From positions 698,308 through 762,307 of the forward strand of contig NW_018406552.1 in NCBI RefSeq assembly GCF_002113885.1: DNA of 64,000 nucleotides. Reading direction: 5' to 3'. Source of the stretch: Mizuhopecten yessoensis. Taxonomy: Eukaryota. Shown in pieces: positions 1 through 12,010 of this stretch; position 1 is the first letter of the stretch, and each line of letters opens with the position of its first letter. The translations under genes were made by a program, and so were the position numbers. The notes under the pieces are model-generated. The model was not told the DNA's origin, searched no databases, and was given only the letters and a program-made list of their open reading frames with translations.

Positions 1-148
1 ATACACAGGTGAGATAGTTTACCTGTATACATACAAAGATGGGACAGTTTACCTGTATACATACACAGGTGAGATAGTTTACCTATATACATACACATGT
101 GAGACAGTTTACCTGTATACATACACAGATGAGATATTTTACCTGTAT
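1..148. repeat. 30-bp minisatellite in an MTMR9 intron (at least 5 copies, runs off the window)
   Basis: Unit ATACACAG(G/A)TGAGA(T/C)AGTTTACCTGTATAC repeats at 1, 31, 61, 91, 121. Confidence 0.9.
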
Positions 149-164
149 TAGATGAAATACCTAC

Positions 165-3100
165 CTTCAGAGTCCATACACTGTGCTACAGTACAAGCAC
201 AGGTAAGAATGTCTTTGATGTTTGTAAGCCAGTTACTAGATTCCAGTTTAGACAGCCACTTGTCCATACTAGCCCCATTGTCACTGCAGGCTGGAATAAA
301 CACAGCAAACAATTATTAACAAGGAAAAACGGAAGTGGTTACATTCCTAACAGAAATGAATGTAAACATCTGATATTTTGTAGAAGTATTTTGATAATAA
401 GTTTGAATATCTCAATATCAGGAAGTTTTCAATTTTTTGCTGTGTTGTAAGACAATGAGATGCAGCCGTACTTACCTTCCATTAGTTTGATAAGGGACTC
501 GTGGAAGTGTTGTCGCCGTTCTATTGGCTGGTTAATTCGCCTCCACTGTGAGTAGTGTGCCTCTGGCTCGTAACCGCCACCTGTGGCATCAGAGGATATC
601 TATATCAATAAAGTCTTTGTTAATTCATGTTACTTTAACAAACATAATAGTGTTTAACAAAAAATGAAAAATAAAATATTCATGTCCTAATTTTCTGACA
701 ATCTTTCGACTCAGGATATTGTTTTATTTTGAGTTTTACCATTCACGCAACAAATAAGGTCATATGAAGACGGGTGCATAGGGAGACGTCACCAAAAGAT
801 ACTCTAAGAGTAGGAAAAGACAGATCTCAAGTACTGCAATGAGGGCAGAAGATCAAATTTGGTCTCTTCAATATCCTCCAAATAGAAGACCCTACGGGTA
901 CATTCGCGTATCCGGTTGAAACAGTTGAACCGGTAAAGAAAACGACGGGTACAGATTTGGACCGAGGCTGACCTCAGAAAAATTTGGTACGTGTAGATCG
1001 AGGGGTCCAGACGTACCTGACCAAAACTAAAATGCTGACTATTGCCAATTTGCGATATTTCTTTCTTAAACAATGTCAAGTCACATGTAGTTTTTAAGAT
1101 ACGTTATGTATTTTAGTGGATGCGTGAGAGAAGGGCTTAATATTCTTGATACATTGTTTTTTATTCTCCGAAACTGTGGATTTTATGCTCTGTTTATAGA
1201 ACGGTCCAGGTGTGTTCGTTTATCGTGGAAAATTTCTGCGCCACACGTACCTTTTCAACCGGGATACGCGAATGTAGCCTAAAGAAAGTCCTTGATTCTG
1301 CAAGGGGGTTCTTAGTTGGGTCCTATATAAGTTACCTCCCCTGATTCTGCAGGGCTGGGGGAATCCTACATTAGTGCCTCTTCCAACATGCATGTGGTAT
1401 ACAGTAGGTCTATTCCTATCCTGAACCCTTACTATTGTGCATGTACTATTAACCTGAAGTCAACAAGACCCACACCTTTACTCTGGGCTGACTTGGCAGC
1501 ACTTGATGACCTTGTGTCCACAATGTATCCACGCTTGCCAATGCCAAGGACAGAGTTGACCAGTTTCTCGTCTTCCCGACAACGCTTATTGTTCTGACCC
1601 GTCAGAGGCTGACTACTCCGCATCATCACGGCCTGCATGAGACATTAAAATTCAGTGATATAATAATTGGAGGTACCTATGTACCGCTGTATCACAACCT
1701 AGATCGTAGGTCGTCTCAAAGCGGTTCACAAATTATTTCAGTGGTTATAGGGCCTTCGCAACCAGCCAATATCTTTCTCAACTCCCTGGGGAGCATACAG
1801 CCGGGGCTACCATTTCAGCACTCACAGCTAGCATTCTACAATTCTAGCACTACCCAACCACATACTCATTTACAGCTGAGTAGACTGGAACAGGCGGAGT
1901 ACAGTTTTTTGCTCAAAGATACAACACAGTGCCATGACGTGAGTCGAACTCACAACCCTTCGGTCATGACCACTAGACTACTGTGCCTCTTAAAACTATT
2001 ACTCAGGCCCTTCTATAGCATGTTTTATATGACACCATGAATGTAATGTAAAAATGGTGTTAAAAGAAAATTGTTAAATATATATGTTCATATTTAACTT
2101 ATTCACCCCTGACTTTTCATAATGGACTATTCAAACCTTTGAACTGGAAGACTTCAAATGTGTCTTCAGGGGTGAATGAGTTAAATGAATAAATGAAAAA
2201 TCTCCAGACCCTTGGGTGATTATTCAGCAGAGTCTCAGGTAAGACAACCAAAACAACACCCCTAAGGTTGGAGATCTCTCTGTCACACCCTAAATGTAGG
2301 GGAAGATTCTATTCATCAATATTATAGCATGATCTGAACGTCATACCTATAAGGTTTTACCTTAGTTTGTTTACTGTAATAGCTAAGAACTGGAAATCGG
2401 CCATGCTGACGAAACTGGGCTGCTTTTACAAGCGTGTCGTCATCAACTGTCTTAGGAACAATGACAGCATGTGGATATGACGGACATACCTACAAAATAA
2501 AGGAAACAACGCCATAAGGTAGTGACCAGTAAAACAACATAAATACCATGCAGCAAATGAAGAAGTTCAAACAAAAAGCAATGTTCAATACTTGAAGTAC
2601 CGCTTATAAGAACATTTTCTACAAATCCTAATACATTTGTTAATATGTAATGCAACGGATTTTGGTTTGATAAAAGAATTTGTTTTCATTTTCGTTTAAA
2701 TTTCAAATGTGATGTTAGCACTGTTTAAACTATACTATTGATTGTTTTCATAAAATTCTACTGTTCAGCCTTGATAATCCATTCCCCTCCATTCTTAGCA
2801 ACAGTGGCTTGTTTGTATGAAGACTTGATTACTGGGACAAGTTTGTATAGCAAAAGGGAGTGAATCTGACATCTTAAACACAGTCTGAATAGCGTAACAA
2901 GCAGATAATGGGTGGATGAATTAACAAGAACAAACTTGAGCAATAATTCTTTTAATTTCAATATTTCAAGAACTTTTCCCCATTTTATATTTTATACTTA
3001 GAGAAAAAACTTGAATATCATTGACTATAGGTTAGTTCATCCCCGCCTACCGAATAGTCCTTGTTGACGTAGCTAAGTCTCCATTCCTCCGAGCATTCCT

Positions 3101-4537
3101 TACAACGTGTGTACTCATTCTCAGGGAGAAAAGCCTGCCAGCCGTCCTCCAGAGGCTCAAACATGGCACGGTAGAAAAATGGGTAGCTCAATGTCAGGTT
3201 ATCTGTTAAAACGACCATGTTACATGTTTTAAATGAATTGATTGCGACTAGCTTTTATTAACATTAAATGAAGGCAGGGAGAAACTTGGGTGAACCAGAG
3301 ATGGTGTCAAAGCCAGTTATAATACTGGACTGTTTAAGAATTTTTTGTTTTGTCTTATAATCACTCACACCACTTCTGGAGCCTTGCAATGCAATGAATC
3401 TTCAAAACAGGTGTAAAAAAAATATTGTAATAATGCAGGGGTGTAATTAGCCACTGGTCCACTGGCCCGTGGTTTTCCACGCAGTTCAGTAGGTTTTTCA
3501 ACCAGCTATCCCGCCAGGCCAGTAGATATTTTGTAAATTTATCTAACATTTCAGCAGAACTGATAAGCTTTATTTTCAGCCAAGAATGCTCCACAGAGCT
3601 TCTAGATTTCAAAATTTTCTGGGGAAGCAAATGAAGATAGACGGTAATTGTCCAGTGTCCTTACCAATATTGGAGAGCTGTTCTATGGAAGCCCCGACAT
3701 TGAGACAGTCCTCTGCCGACTGAAACTCGAGGGCGACCAGTGTAAAGTCTTTACACTTCAGCGATAGAATTCCACCGGGCTGAGACAGCTTCTTCTCTAT
3801 ACTGTCAACATTGTTGTGTAGCAGCTACAAAGTATATGGAAAATGAAAGTACTGTGTGTGTGTACGTACAGCTATGTAGAATTGGTACCATCTTTTAAAT
3901 AAATTAAATACATTTTGTATTGAAAATGAGAGTGTATCTGTATACCAACTACAAAGTATGCAGAAATTACATGTTAAGATCACTACTTCTTTACTTACTT
4001 TTATAAGGGCAGCATATAAAGTACTGCACAGTATTCAGCAGTTCATCAGTCTATTTGCTGTAAGCCTTTTTTAAGGTTGCAACTACAGTTTAGATATCAG
4101 GTACGTATAAATTGTACTAGCGATTTTTATAATACTACTTTCAGTATACCAAGCAGCATGCTAGGAATTATATATATATGAATATATATATTTATCACTC
4201 AATTGCAATGGCATTGACATAATATGAATATCCCTACCAAGGTCAAATGGCTAACACGCTTCATGGAACTTGTCACATGCCAGTCAGCAATCACATTGAC
4301 TAAGAATGCCAACGGAAAGCAGTTGAAATCTTAAATGGGACATGGAGGTCACAATTTAAATATTATACAACATGATGTATAAAGAATTACCCATAGTTCC
4401 TCCTTGTTGTCCTTCCGTGATGACAGAATGAGGTGATGCCCTGTGATACAAAGTGTTCCTTCAACAGACTTACGGAATGGCTTCCACAGAACCACATTGT
4501 TCACCATTGGCTTCTTAATAAATTCTGCAAACTCCAT
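165..4537 (-). CDS. MTMR9: Myotubularin-related protein 9 (pseudophosphatase), 5' part; gene continues beyond the left edge. Exons: 4391-4537, 3665-3824, 3051-3202, 2361-2489, 1476-1632, 476-580, 165-290
   Basis: Seven GT-AG exons join in frame (phases 0,1,0,0,1,1,1) to MEFAEFIKKPMVNNVVLWKPFRKSVEGTLCITGHHLILSSRKDNKEELWLLHNNVDSIEK...LSYPFFYRAMFEPLEDGWQAF...WRLSYVNKDYSVCPSYP...FRQHGRFPVLSYY...MMRSSQPLTGQNNKRCREDEKL...GGGYEPEAHYSQWRRI...WLSKLESSNWLTNIKDILTCAC. This is collinear with vertebrate MTMR9 as I recall it (MEFAELIKTP...VEGTLCLTGHHLILSSR...). Confidence 0.95.
896..1279. mobile_element. MITE, PIF/Harbinger-like
   Basis: Terminal inverted repeats GGGTACATTCGCGTATCCGGTTGAAA and TTTCAACCGGGATACGCGAATGTAGCC. 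Flanks TAC/TAA resemble a TAA/TWA target duplication. No coding capacity. Confidence 0.7.
1657..1989 (-). mobile_element. tRNA-derived SINE (family 1)
   Basis: Minus strand reads GAGGCACAGTAGTCTAGTGG...GAGTTCGACTCAC (A/B boxes), a body with CAGTCTACTCAGCTG and TATGCTCCCCAGGGAGTTGA, and an ATT-rich tail. It aligns over its length with the copy at 49207-49527. Confidence 0.75.
2094..2184. mobile_element. Miniature inverted-repeat element bounded by TTAA
   Basis: TTAACTTATTCACCCCTGA ... TCAGGGGTGAATGAGTTAA: 19-bp inverted repeat with one mismatch, including TTAA at both ends. Confidence 0.6.
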
Positions 4538-4937
4538 CTTTGGTTATCTCCCTTTTCAAAGAAAACAAGACATCTTACAGTCTTCATTTAGATTCTGTCA
4601 ACAGAGTGCTTCTTTAGAGTCCTTGTTATTCAATAGTAAAATAGTCTGGATAAGTTTCTGAGAGAACCAGGAACTCTTATATAATTGTAGATCTGAGATA
4701 CGTTAATGATCCAAGTAACGTCACATTCATCTATTGTTAAATATTTCTGTGTTATGATTTTAGTTTGGTGAAGAGGATCTGTATAGATCCTGTATCGGTA
4801 AATAAACTTCACTTAATTAACTTAAAACAAAATGAAACAAAACAATTTAATATACTGGGTCAATTTTGTAGATTATGCAAATTACACAGGATCGACTAAT
4901 CAACAAACCGTACTGAATACATTTTTCTATTCAGAAG

Positions 4938-5404
4938 TGCACTCTGCCATCTGCCATCCCAAGATGTCATTGTACAATAAATCTGGTTAATCCAGGTGTA
5001 ATAGTATAGAAGATATGCCCCAAAGAAACATTTTCAAAAGTGAAGGTCAAAGGTCAAGTCACAGGTCACAGAGACCTAACTCTTGCACTCTGCACTTCGC
5101 CATCTCCAGATTTCCAAATCTGGCTTCACCGGGTGAAATACAGAAACAGTTTAGAAGATATGCTCCGGACAAACTTTTTCAAAAGTTAAGGTCAAAGCAT
5201 AGATCCCAGTGAGGTAATAGTGACCTTTGTCTTGCACACTGCACTCCGCCTACCCAAGATGTTCTTGTACGCCAAATCTGGCTACTCCATGTGAAATTAT
5301 ATAGAAGATATGCCCTGGACAAATTAACTTCTCGGGGAGACAGAAGGGCGCACAGAGTGCAAACCTATAGTACTAGTCCCCCCGGGGAACCGTTAGGGGA
5401 CTAA
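4938..5404 (+). mobile_element. pearl-like / non-autonomous Helentron-type element with internal ~150-bp tandem repeats
   Basis: Three diverged ~150-bp units (TGCACT..GCC at 4938, 5091, 5240; each with AAATCTGG and TAGAAGATATGC), followed by a 3' hairpin AGTCCCCC...GGGGGACT. This is the layout of bivalve pearl-type elements. Confidence 0.65.
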
Positions 5405-5550
5405 TTGATAACCCATTTATCAATGTATTATAAGGTATGTGTTGTTTAACATAGCAGATTTTTGTTGTCAGCAACTCAAAACTTTCCGACAAGCCCTTGT
5501 TTGCAACATTTCGTTCAAAAAGGATAAAAAATGAAGTCAGGAAAATGTAT

Positions 5551-5940
5551 TGGTTTGGTTAAGTATTGTTTAACGTCCTATTAACAGCTATATATGGTCA
5601 TTTAAGGAGACCTCCCCCGTGTGCAAGATGCATGCGTGTAGTGTATGAGTGTGTGTTTTAGGAGGCTGCGATATGTTTGTGTTTATCTCCTTGTGATAGC
5701 GCGGAACTGATGCCGACTTTATAGTGCTACCTCACTGAAACATACTGAAGACACCAAGCAGGATATCCCACCCAGTCACATTATACCGACACCGGGCGAA
5801 CCAGTCGCCCCACTCCTAAATTGCTGTGCGTGAAGCAGGAGTAAAAACTACCATTTTTACAGACTCTGGTATGTCTCGGCCAGGGAACAGAACCTGAAGC
5901 CTTCCTCACGAGGCAAACGCTCAACTGAAGGCCAAAAGTG
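5551..5940 (-). mobile_element. SINE (family 2) with (AAACC)n tail
   Basis: Degenerate pol III-like head near 5870-5930 on the minus strand and tail TGGTTTGGTT at 5551. The 3' ~100 nt recurs at 26282-26380. Confidence 0.6.
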
Positions 5941-8900
5941 AGGCATTGTCAAGGGAGACATTAGTAAGAAGAAATTTGTTTCGAAAGAAGAGAAAAACTG
6001 CCAAAGAACCAAATGAGAAAATTATATAAAAAGTGAAAAAATATGACACGTCATACTCAGTGGTTTATTGTAAGGCAATAAGTTAACTGACCCATCGCCT
6101 ATATGCGCCAGCTCCAGATAGCGCTGTTGCACGTTTTATCGAAAATCCGTAGTCTCTTTAGTCTGAGACTGATCGTCCAAAATGTTTCTCTGCCCTCAAA
6201 CTGCCTCTACCACCAAGTCCAATTTCTAAAAATGTTGTTATTAAAAGAATAAGATGAGTATGTACGAATTACTCATGTATATTCATTATTATCTGTAATA
6301 ACTAATCAAAATCTCGAAACCGAAATTCATGCAAACGACACCTATGTCGTATGGACCATTGCGGTACATATTCAACAGAGATACCCATCATGTGGTTTCA
6401 AGCAAATAACAAGATACCACAATTCTGAGGCTTTACTAGTTACCGATTGGGGACTGATCCGTGATTATTCGACGGAGAAGCAGGAAGTCAGGGGTGTCCA
6501 ACCATCTCCTCCTATCCGGCATCGATTTTGTAGTTCACGATAGGCCACATAAATATTGTGAAGTTTTTAGAAATTATCTTTAAAAAAATCAAATTTAAGA
6601 AAAATGATAAATATAGATAAATCTGACTTAATATAAAACCATTTTAGTTGAAAAGTTGTTGGACTAATACTAAATAAAATTAAGTAAGGTTTTGTATATT
6701 TTCGAGGCTATCACGTAAAGTAATATTAATTACAGCACGGGAGTGACTGTATCAACTGGCACAGTCATCGTTGATATGCTTGATTATCGATTGACATCAT
6801 TGGAAAGCCTCTGACTATAGATCTAGCTTCTTTATTTTACAACATTCTTATTTTTATTTTATATTGCTGGCAAAATATCCTACCTGTCACGGAATTCTGA
6901 TGCACATAGTTTGATATGCATGTACATTGGTATCTAGATATCATGTATTATCATTTATATAGAAAAATATACCTCAGTGCCTTTTCCTGAACCCCGTCCT
7001 CAATTACTTACAAACAGCATATGTCAAAACAGACACCATCACAAGTAATGATCTCACCATCCAATTAGCAAAAACTATACGTACTGTACATAACAAAAGG
7101 ATTTTTTTTTATATAAAATAACATTTTTATCAAGGGAGATAATTCATATAAGTTTTCTCCCTTGTTTAGATGGGCTTTAAAACAAGTTACTATACTTTGG
7201 CGAATTAAAAAAACAAAAACAGCACGAGTACATTAAAATGGCCCTCTGCCGTTAACCATCAAGTCAATATTGACTGCAACAGTTACATTTCATATAAAAG
7301 TGAGAGTAACTAAAATTGAGCCATTTTAACGCTTTAACGATAAACCGTTAAACAAAAGATAAAAACAATCGTTAGAATGACTTGAATGTTATATGGTCGT
7401 ACAAGTGCAATGTTACTAATCCCGAAGAACACCAATACGTGCAAATACCTTTCAACATAATTAAGATTCTTGTTAACCCAGTTACCTACCGGAGATTTCT
7501 CTTTGCATTATCTCACTATTATTGAAGAAGATTTTTCTTGTTCATTACATTCTACCAGTGAAATATTTATTATTTTTATACCTAGCCGACCAATCAGAGA
7601 TCAGGATTAATGAAACACGACGTTTTCTTACTTTGACATCACAAAAAAACTCCGTTTACGACTGTGTTTTTTTCATTTACAATTTAATTGTAAAATCCGT
7701 TGTAAAATATAGCTATTATTGCCATCAACGTCTTAAATATCCTTTGTAAAGTATTTAGTCGGTAGTCAAAACCAAGGACGTGGCCTGATCAGTGTATTTT
7801 CTGTGTAATGTGCTAACTGGAATGCCTTTTAATTGAATGGTGTAACTTTCTCTCTCTCTTTCTTTTCTTTTTAATGACGGAAAAAGTTCGTCCTACGTGT
7901 ACGTACGTTAACTGTTACTACATGTACATTAACGCACCAACATATGAATGTAATTACTTACATTTAGGCACCTCGATACTCCAGGGGTTACACTCTCTGT
8001 ACCCCTGGAATATCACAACAATACAGAAGGCTCAGTGAGCGCCATCATGTGGATCAGACGGGAAGACTTGTTTGATCCTTTGATGTACATCGAAAGAATC
8101 TCGCGGTCGCGTAACGGTAAAATTGTCTGGCTTTGAAGTCGGGCATCGCTCCTCTGTATCTTCAAAGGACATGTATCAGCTTAGCGATTGGTCAGGTTAT
8201 TTTATCTGAGACCGATCAAATGGGTAGCTGCGTGCCTTAAATTTTGCTATCACAATTTTCATTCTTCAATTTTCATTGAAGGGATGAAGATAGCGCAAGT
8301 GAGCTTAAAATCTGGAGTATAGAGGCTGACATTTAGGGCAGGTATATCACCTGAGAATATCATATATACCGCCATTATTTGCACCCTTTTAATTCAGACT
8401 AGCAATCAGATAATACATGTTAATTCGATGTATCACCAAGCTGGACGGTACATAAAGGGACAGCTTTTGGGATCCGAGTTGTCAATAATAGAGGAATTTG
8501 AAGACTCTCTAGGAAAGAAATTCCTCAAGATTAATACTCGGTCATGCATATGGGATGATCCAGATTATATCAAGATACTATTTACATTTCATGTATAGTT
8601 AAAAGATATGCCCCGTTTGCAGACGATTCATTTTCTGAACCATTATATAAAAGCATTATTTTCTTTTTTTTCATCTGTCCCTATTCTATTAATACGAATA
8701 GAACACGTACCGCGTTATAATACAGGACGCATTAAATCACCATATTGTATAGGATGTTAAACCCTGTACAATCAACAAACTTTCTCCATGCGAAAAAAGT
8801 TTTAAAAAGTGTAAAAATAATGGCAATTTCATTTAGACCTTCGTTAGACTGTTTGTTCTTGAAAGGGAATTTACCTCCCCTGTCATGTGAAAAAGACCAA

Positions 8901-11082
8901 AAGACCAACTATCTACATTACAATCACGTTCGGGACTGCTGGTTCAGTGTCGTGAAATTATACCATTCTCAATAGCATCTCGTGGCAATATTTCCGCGTA
9001 TTTATAGTAGCAGTTTGGTTAATTCTCCATATCTTTTGCTATATTTCTTTACCAGAAATGGGTTGATTTTGACACAGTAGCTGTCTTTCGTTTTGTACTT
9101 CACTTTAGAATTGGTCCCATAATTTTCTTTCCAGTTCACTTAAAACTCCCTTGATGGTTATCATTTTACATTGAAATTCATTAAATATCTTGAAAAACGG
9201 GAATGAAAGTTCTTATTTTAATGTTTATTGAATAATTATACAATTCAGTATCTTAATTACAAACAGTTTTTGCATAATTACGCCTGACAGATAATGTAGT
9301 ACTAGTTGTTAAGTTGGTACATGTACCTCACACTGTCAAGTTGTCATACTAATTTCGAGAATGTGGTAATATCTAAAAATGCTAAAACGATCACCCAGAT
9401 ATCATGTAACGGATAATATTTCCTAATATCTAAATAAAGTTGGCATTCGAAGACAAACTGTATTTTTTATTTATACTGTCATTGTAGAGTGATATAACGT
9501 GTTTTTTTTTACATATGTTTACTCTCTGGTATCTTGCATCACTACTTAAATGCCATGTATCTCCTAAATCCTTTTAAGACACCAAACTTAGATATGTAAA
9601 CTAACCTTGGTCTATTTCCTCGGCAGTCAACTATGTGTGAATTGCTATGTAATTGTCAGATGTAATCTACCTGTCAGCAATGTATTAGTTATTGCATGCA
9701 AATTTTGCGAAAACCGTTTATCATCAACTCCAGAATTTCTTACATTAATGTCAAACTGTTTGCACTGGAGTGCACGTGGTTATTTTATATGTATCTAATA
9801 AGCGATGAAAAGGCAATGGTTATATCGTAATATACATACACGGCCTATGCACACGATTTTTTTTTATAATTTTTCTTTGAATCTGATAACATGTTTTTTG
9901 ATATTTAGGCTAGCTCATCCAAAATGTCAGATCTATTATTAAATTATTTCATTAGCGTCTAAAATGTTAAAATAACAAGAGAATACCAAAGTATGAACAA
10001 AACCGTCATTCCAACTCAAATTTATTCGGTAAAATAAAAACAAACGAAAGAGAATACCACTGAATAAAGAACAAGTAGAATAAGACCAAGTGTTCCAGAA
10101 GGGTATCGGCAAACGTCTTTTGTTTCAACGACCATACCCGCCATGTAAATCTGAATACTTAACAATAATTCATTCGAGCCTGGATGATACAGGGAGTGAT
10201 AGAACTCACCATCTTAATAAGGTTGGTCAAGAAAACAGTTCATTTTTTTTCAAGTTTAATATAATTCTTTTTCATAAGCCTCATTCTTCACAAGGTATAC
10301 CAAGAAACAGGTCAACATATATGCTTTAAAATGACGCCTTTTGCGATAACATTGTTTTGTGTTTGAATACCTTGGATTTTATTGATTGTCACTTCACTCG
10401 TTTGTTTGTACACGACATGCCAATGATGTTTGTACGGGATATGCGATAAGACTGATCTTACAGTTTATTCTTGCATATTTATATTTTTTTTCTGAAAACA
10501 TAATAAATCTTTTTTTTTTTTTGACAAAGTTCGGACTTTAAACAATTAAGTTCCTGGTTGACAATATAAATTATTTATGTTCTAATACGACCTTCATGTT
10601 TATCATGAAAACACCAACACTGTAGTGAGCAACACCATTTATTCGAGTATATGCATATGTGTTACAAAGAAATCGATAGATCTTCTAAGTTCCTTCTGTG
10701 AAAACGGACCCAGCCTCACCTCACTTCTCTCCGTGGTTTCCTGATAGCATCCTTAGTCCTTCGCAAAATGACGGGGATCCATCAGAATGTTCTCTCCATG
10801 AATAAGATCTGTAATTAACATTAACCCGAACTGGGCATGTGTAGGGAGGGGTGGGATAAAATGCGTGTTGTCGTACTGTATTACAAGGCTCGAATGCCGA
10901 GAACCAGGACCCCTTGGTCTATTCTCACCTGTATCGCACTAATAGCACTTGCGACTACATGCATACAGTTAGCTCTACCCTTATCACTACACACCTGTCA
11001 ACCACGCATAGCCCCGCCCCTTCGCCATACACGTGTTCCATGCATGTACATCCAATCAAAACATTTCTGTTGAGTTATAACT

Positions 11083-11320
11083 ATCCCTATTGCAACAAAT
11101 TGTGTCCCTTTTCTGGCCGCTGTTGTGTTTGTTTTCATATGAGACAGAATCTATTGAAAAACTTATCAGGACTGGAAGCAAACACTTTGCCAAGTCCTTC
11201 ACTTTCACATTCAGTTAATTAGACGATGCACTGTCCTAACAATCAAGAAATGAAATGACCATTTTGAAAGTATATACCTCCTGAACCTGAAATCAAAGAC
11301 ACGAAAGACAAACTAGCAAA
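11083..11320 (+). mobile_element. Decayed Penelope-like retroelement reverse-transcriptase fragment
   Basis: Translation across frameshifts and stops gives IPIATNCVPFLA..LFSYETESIEKLI..FAKSFTFTFS*LDDALS...IPPEPEIKDT, matching the Penelope-type RT pattern GIPMGTNCAPLLADLFLYSYE..FNFTFRYIDDVLS..IYPxELEIKDT. Confidence 0.7.
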
Positions 11321-11940
11321 ACATTTAAATCTTCAGGGACCAGCATATGTACCTACAATTAGTCTACTAGTATCAAATATGTCAACATTAGTTGATACAT
11401 TACTATAACCAGAATGTTAATCATAAATGGTGCATAATAAATACATCATGTCAGCAAAACCCCTTATTTAACTAAACCAAAAATCTACAAATAGCAGAAC
11501 ATGTTCTCCTCAGATATAAAGAGTGCGCAATAGCTAAAATTACGCACTAGGATACAAAACATTTAAAAGAAAATCACGTCACATTCACAAATATATCCGC
11601 CATTAGATATTCTCACGATATGCTGCTCCTAGGGTTATGGCGAACAAGCAATACAAATTTATATGAAAATTATTAGAATAATTTTGTTTCTTCAATATGC
11701 ACTAGTACATGTATGTGAATACATCAATAAAAATGCGAGGAATGGGTTAGTCATCAAAGGATTCGATTGATTCAAGGGAGATAAACAGAGATAGGAATAA
11801 GCTTCATTATGGTATTTGGGACGGCATTTGGTTAGATAAAGCGGCCAGGTTAGTTTAAATCGACAATCAATAATGTGCGCGAGCATTCTTGGAAAAGTAT
11901 ATATGTAAATAATCAGTAACCAATAATCTACAATTTGCCT

Positions 11941-12000
11941 ATGCGCATGGACACTTTTCTATATAAGTATATAAGAACATTTTAATCTTATCATATTCAC
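11941..12000 (+). promoter_or_regulatory. Putative core promoter of CILP-like gene A
   Basis: ATGCGCATG (11941-11949), TATATAAG twice (11960, 11968) and TCATATT ~30 nt downstream, just 5' of the ATG. The same arrangement occurs upstream of gene B. Confidence 0.5.
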
Positions 12001-12010
12001 CCACTCTAGA

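Noticed and set aside
1-148. Regularly spaced repeats as a CRISPR array
   Set aside because: Head-to-tail 30-bp units with no unique spacers, in a eukaryotic intron: a minisatellite.
10830-11045. MITE bounded by GC-rich inverted repeats
   Set aside because: Inverted match too short and degenerate; no clear target duplication.
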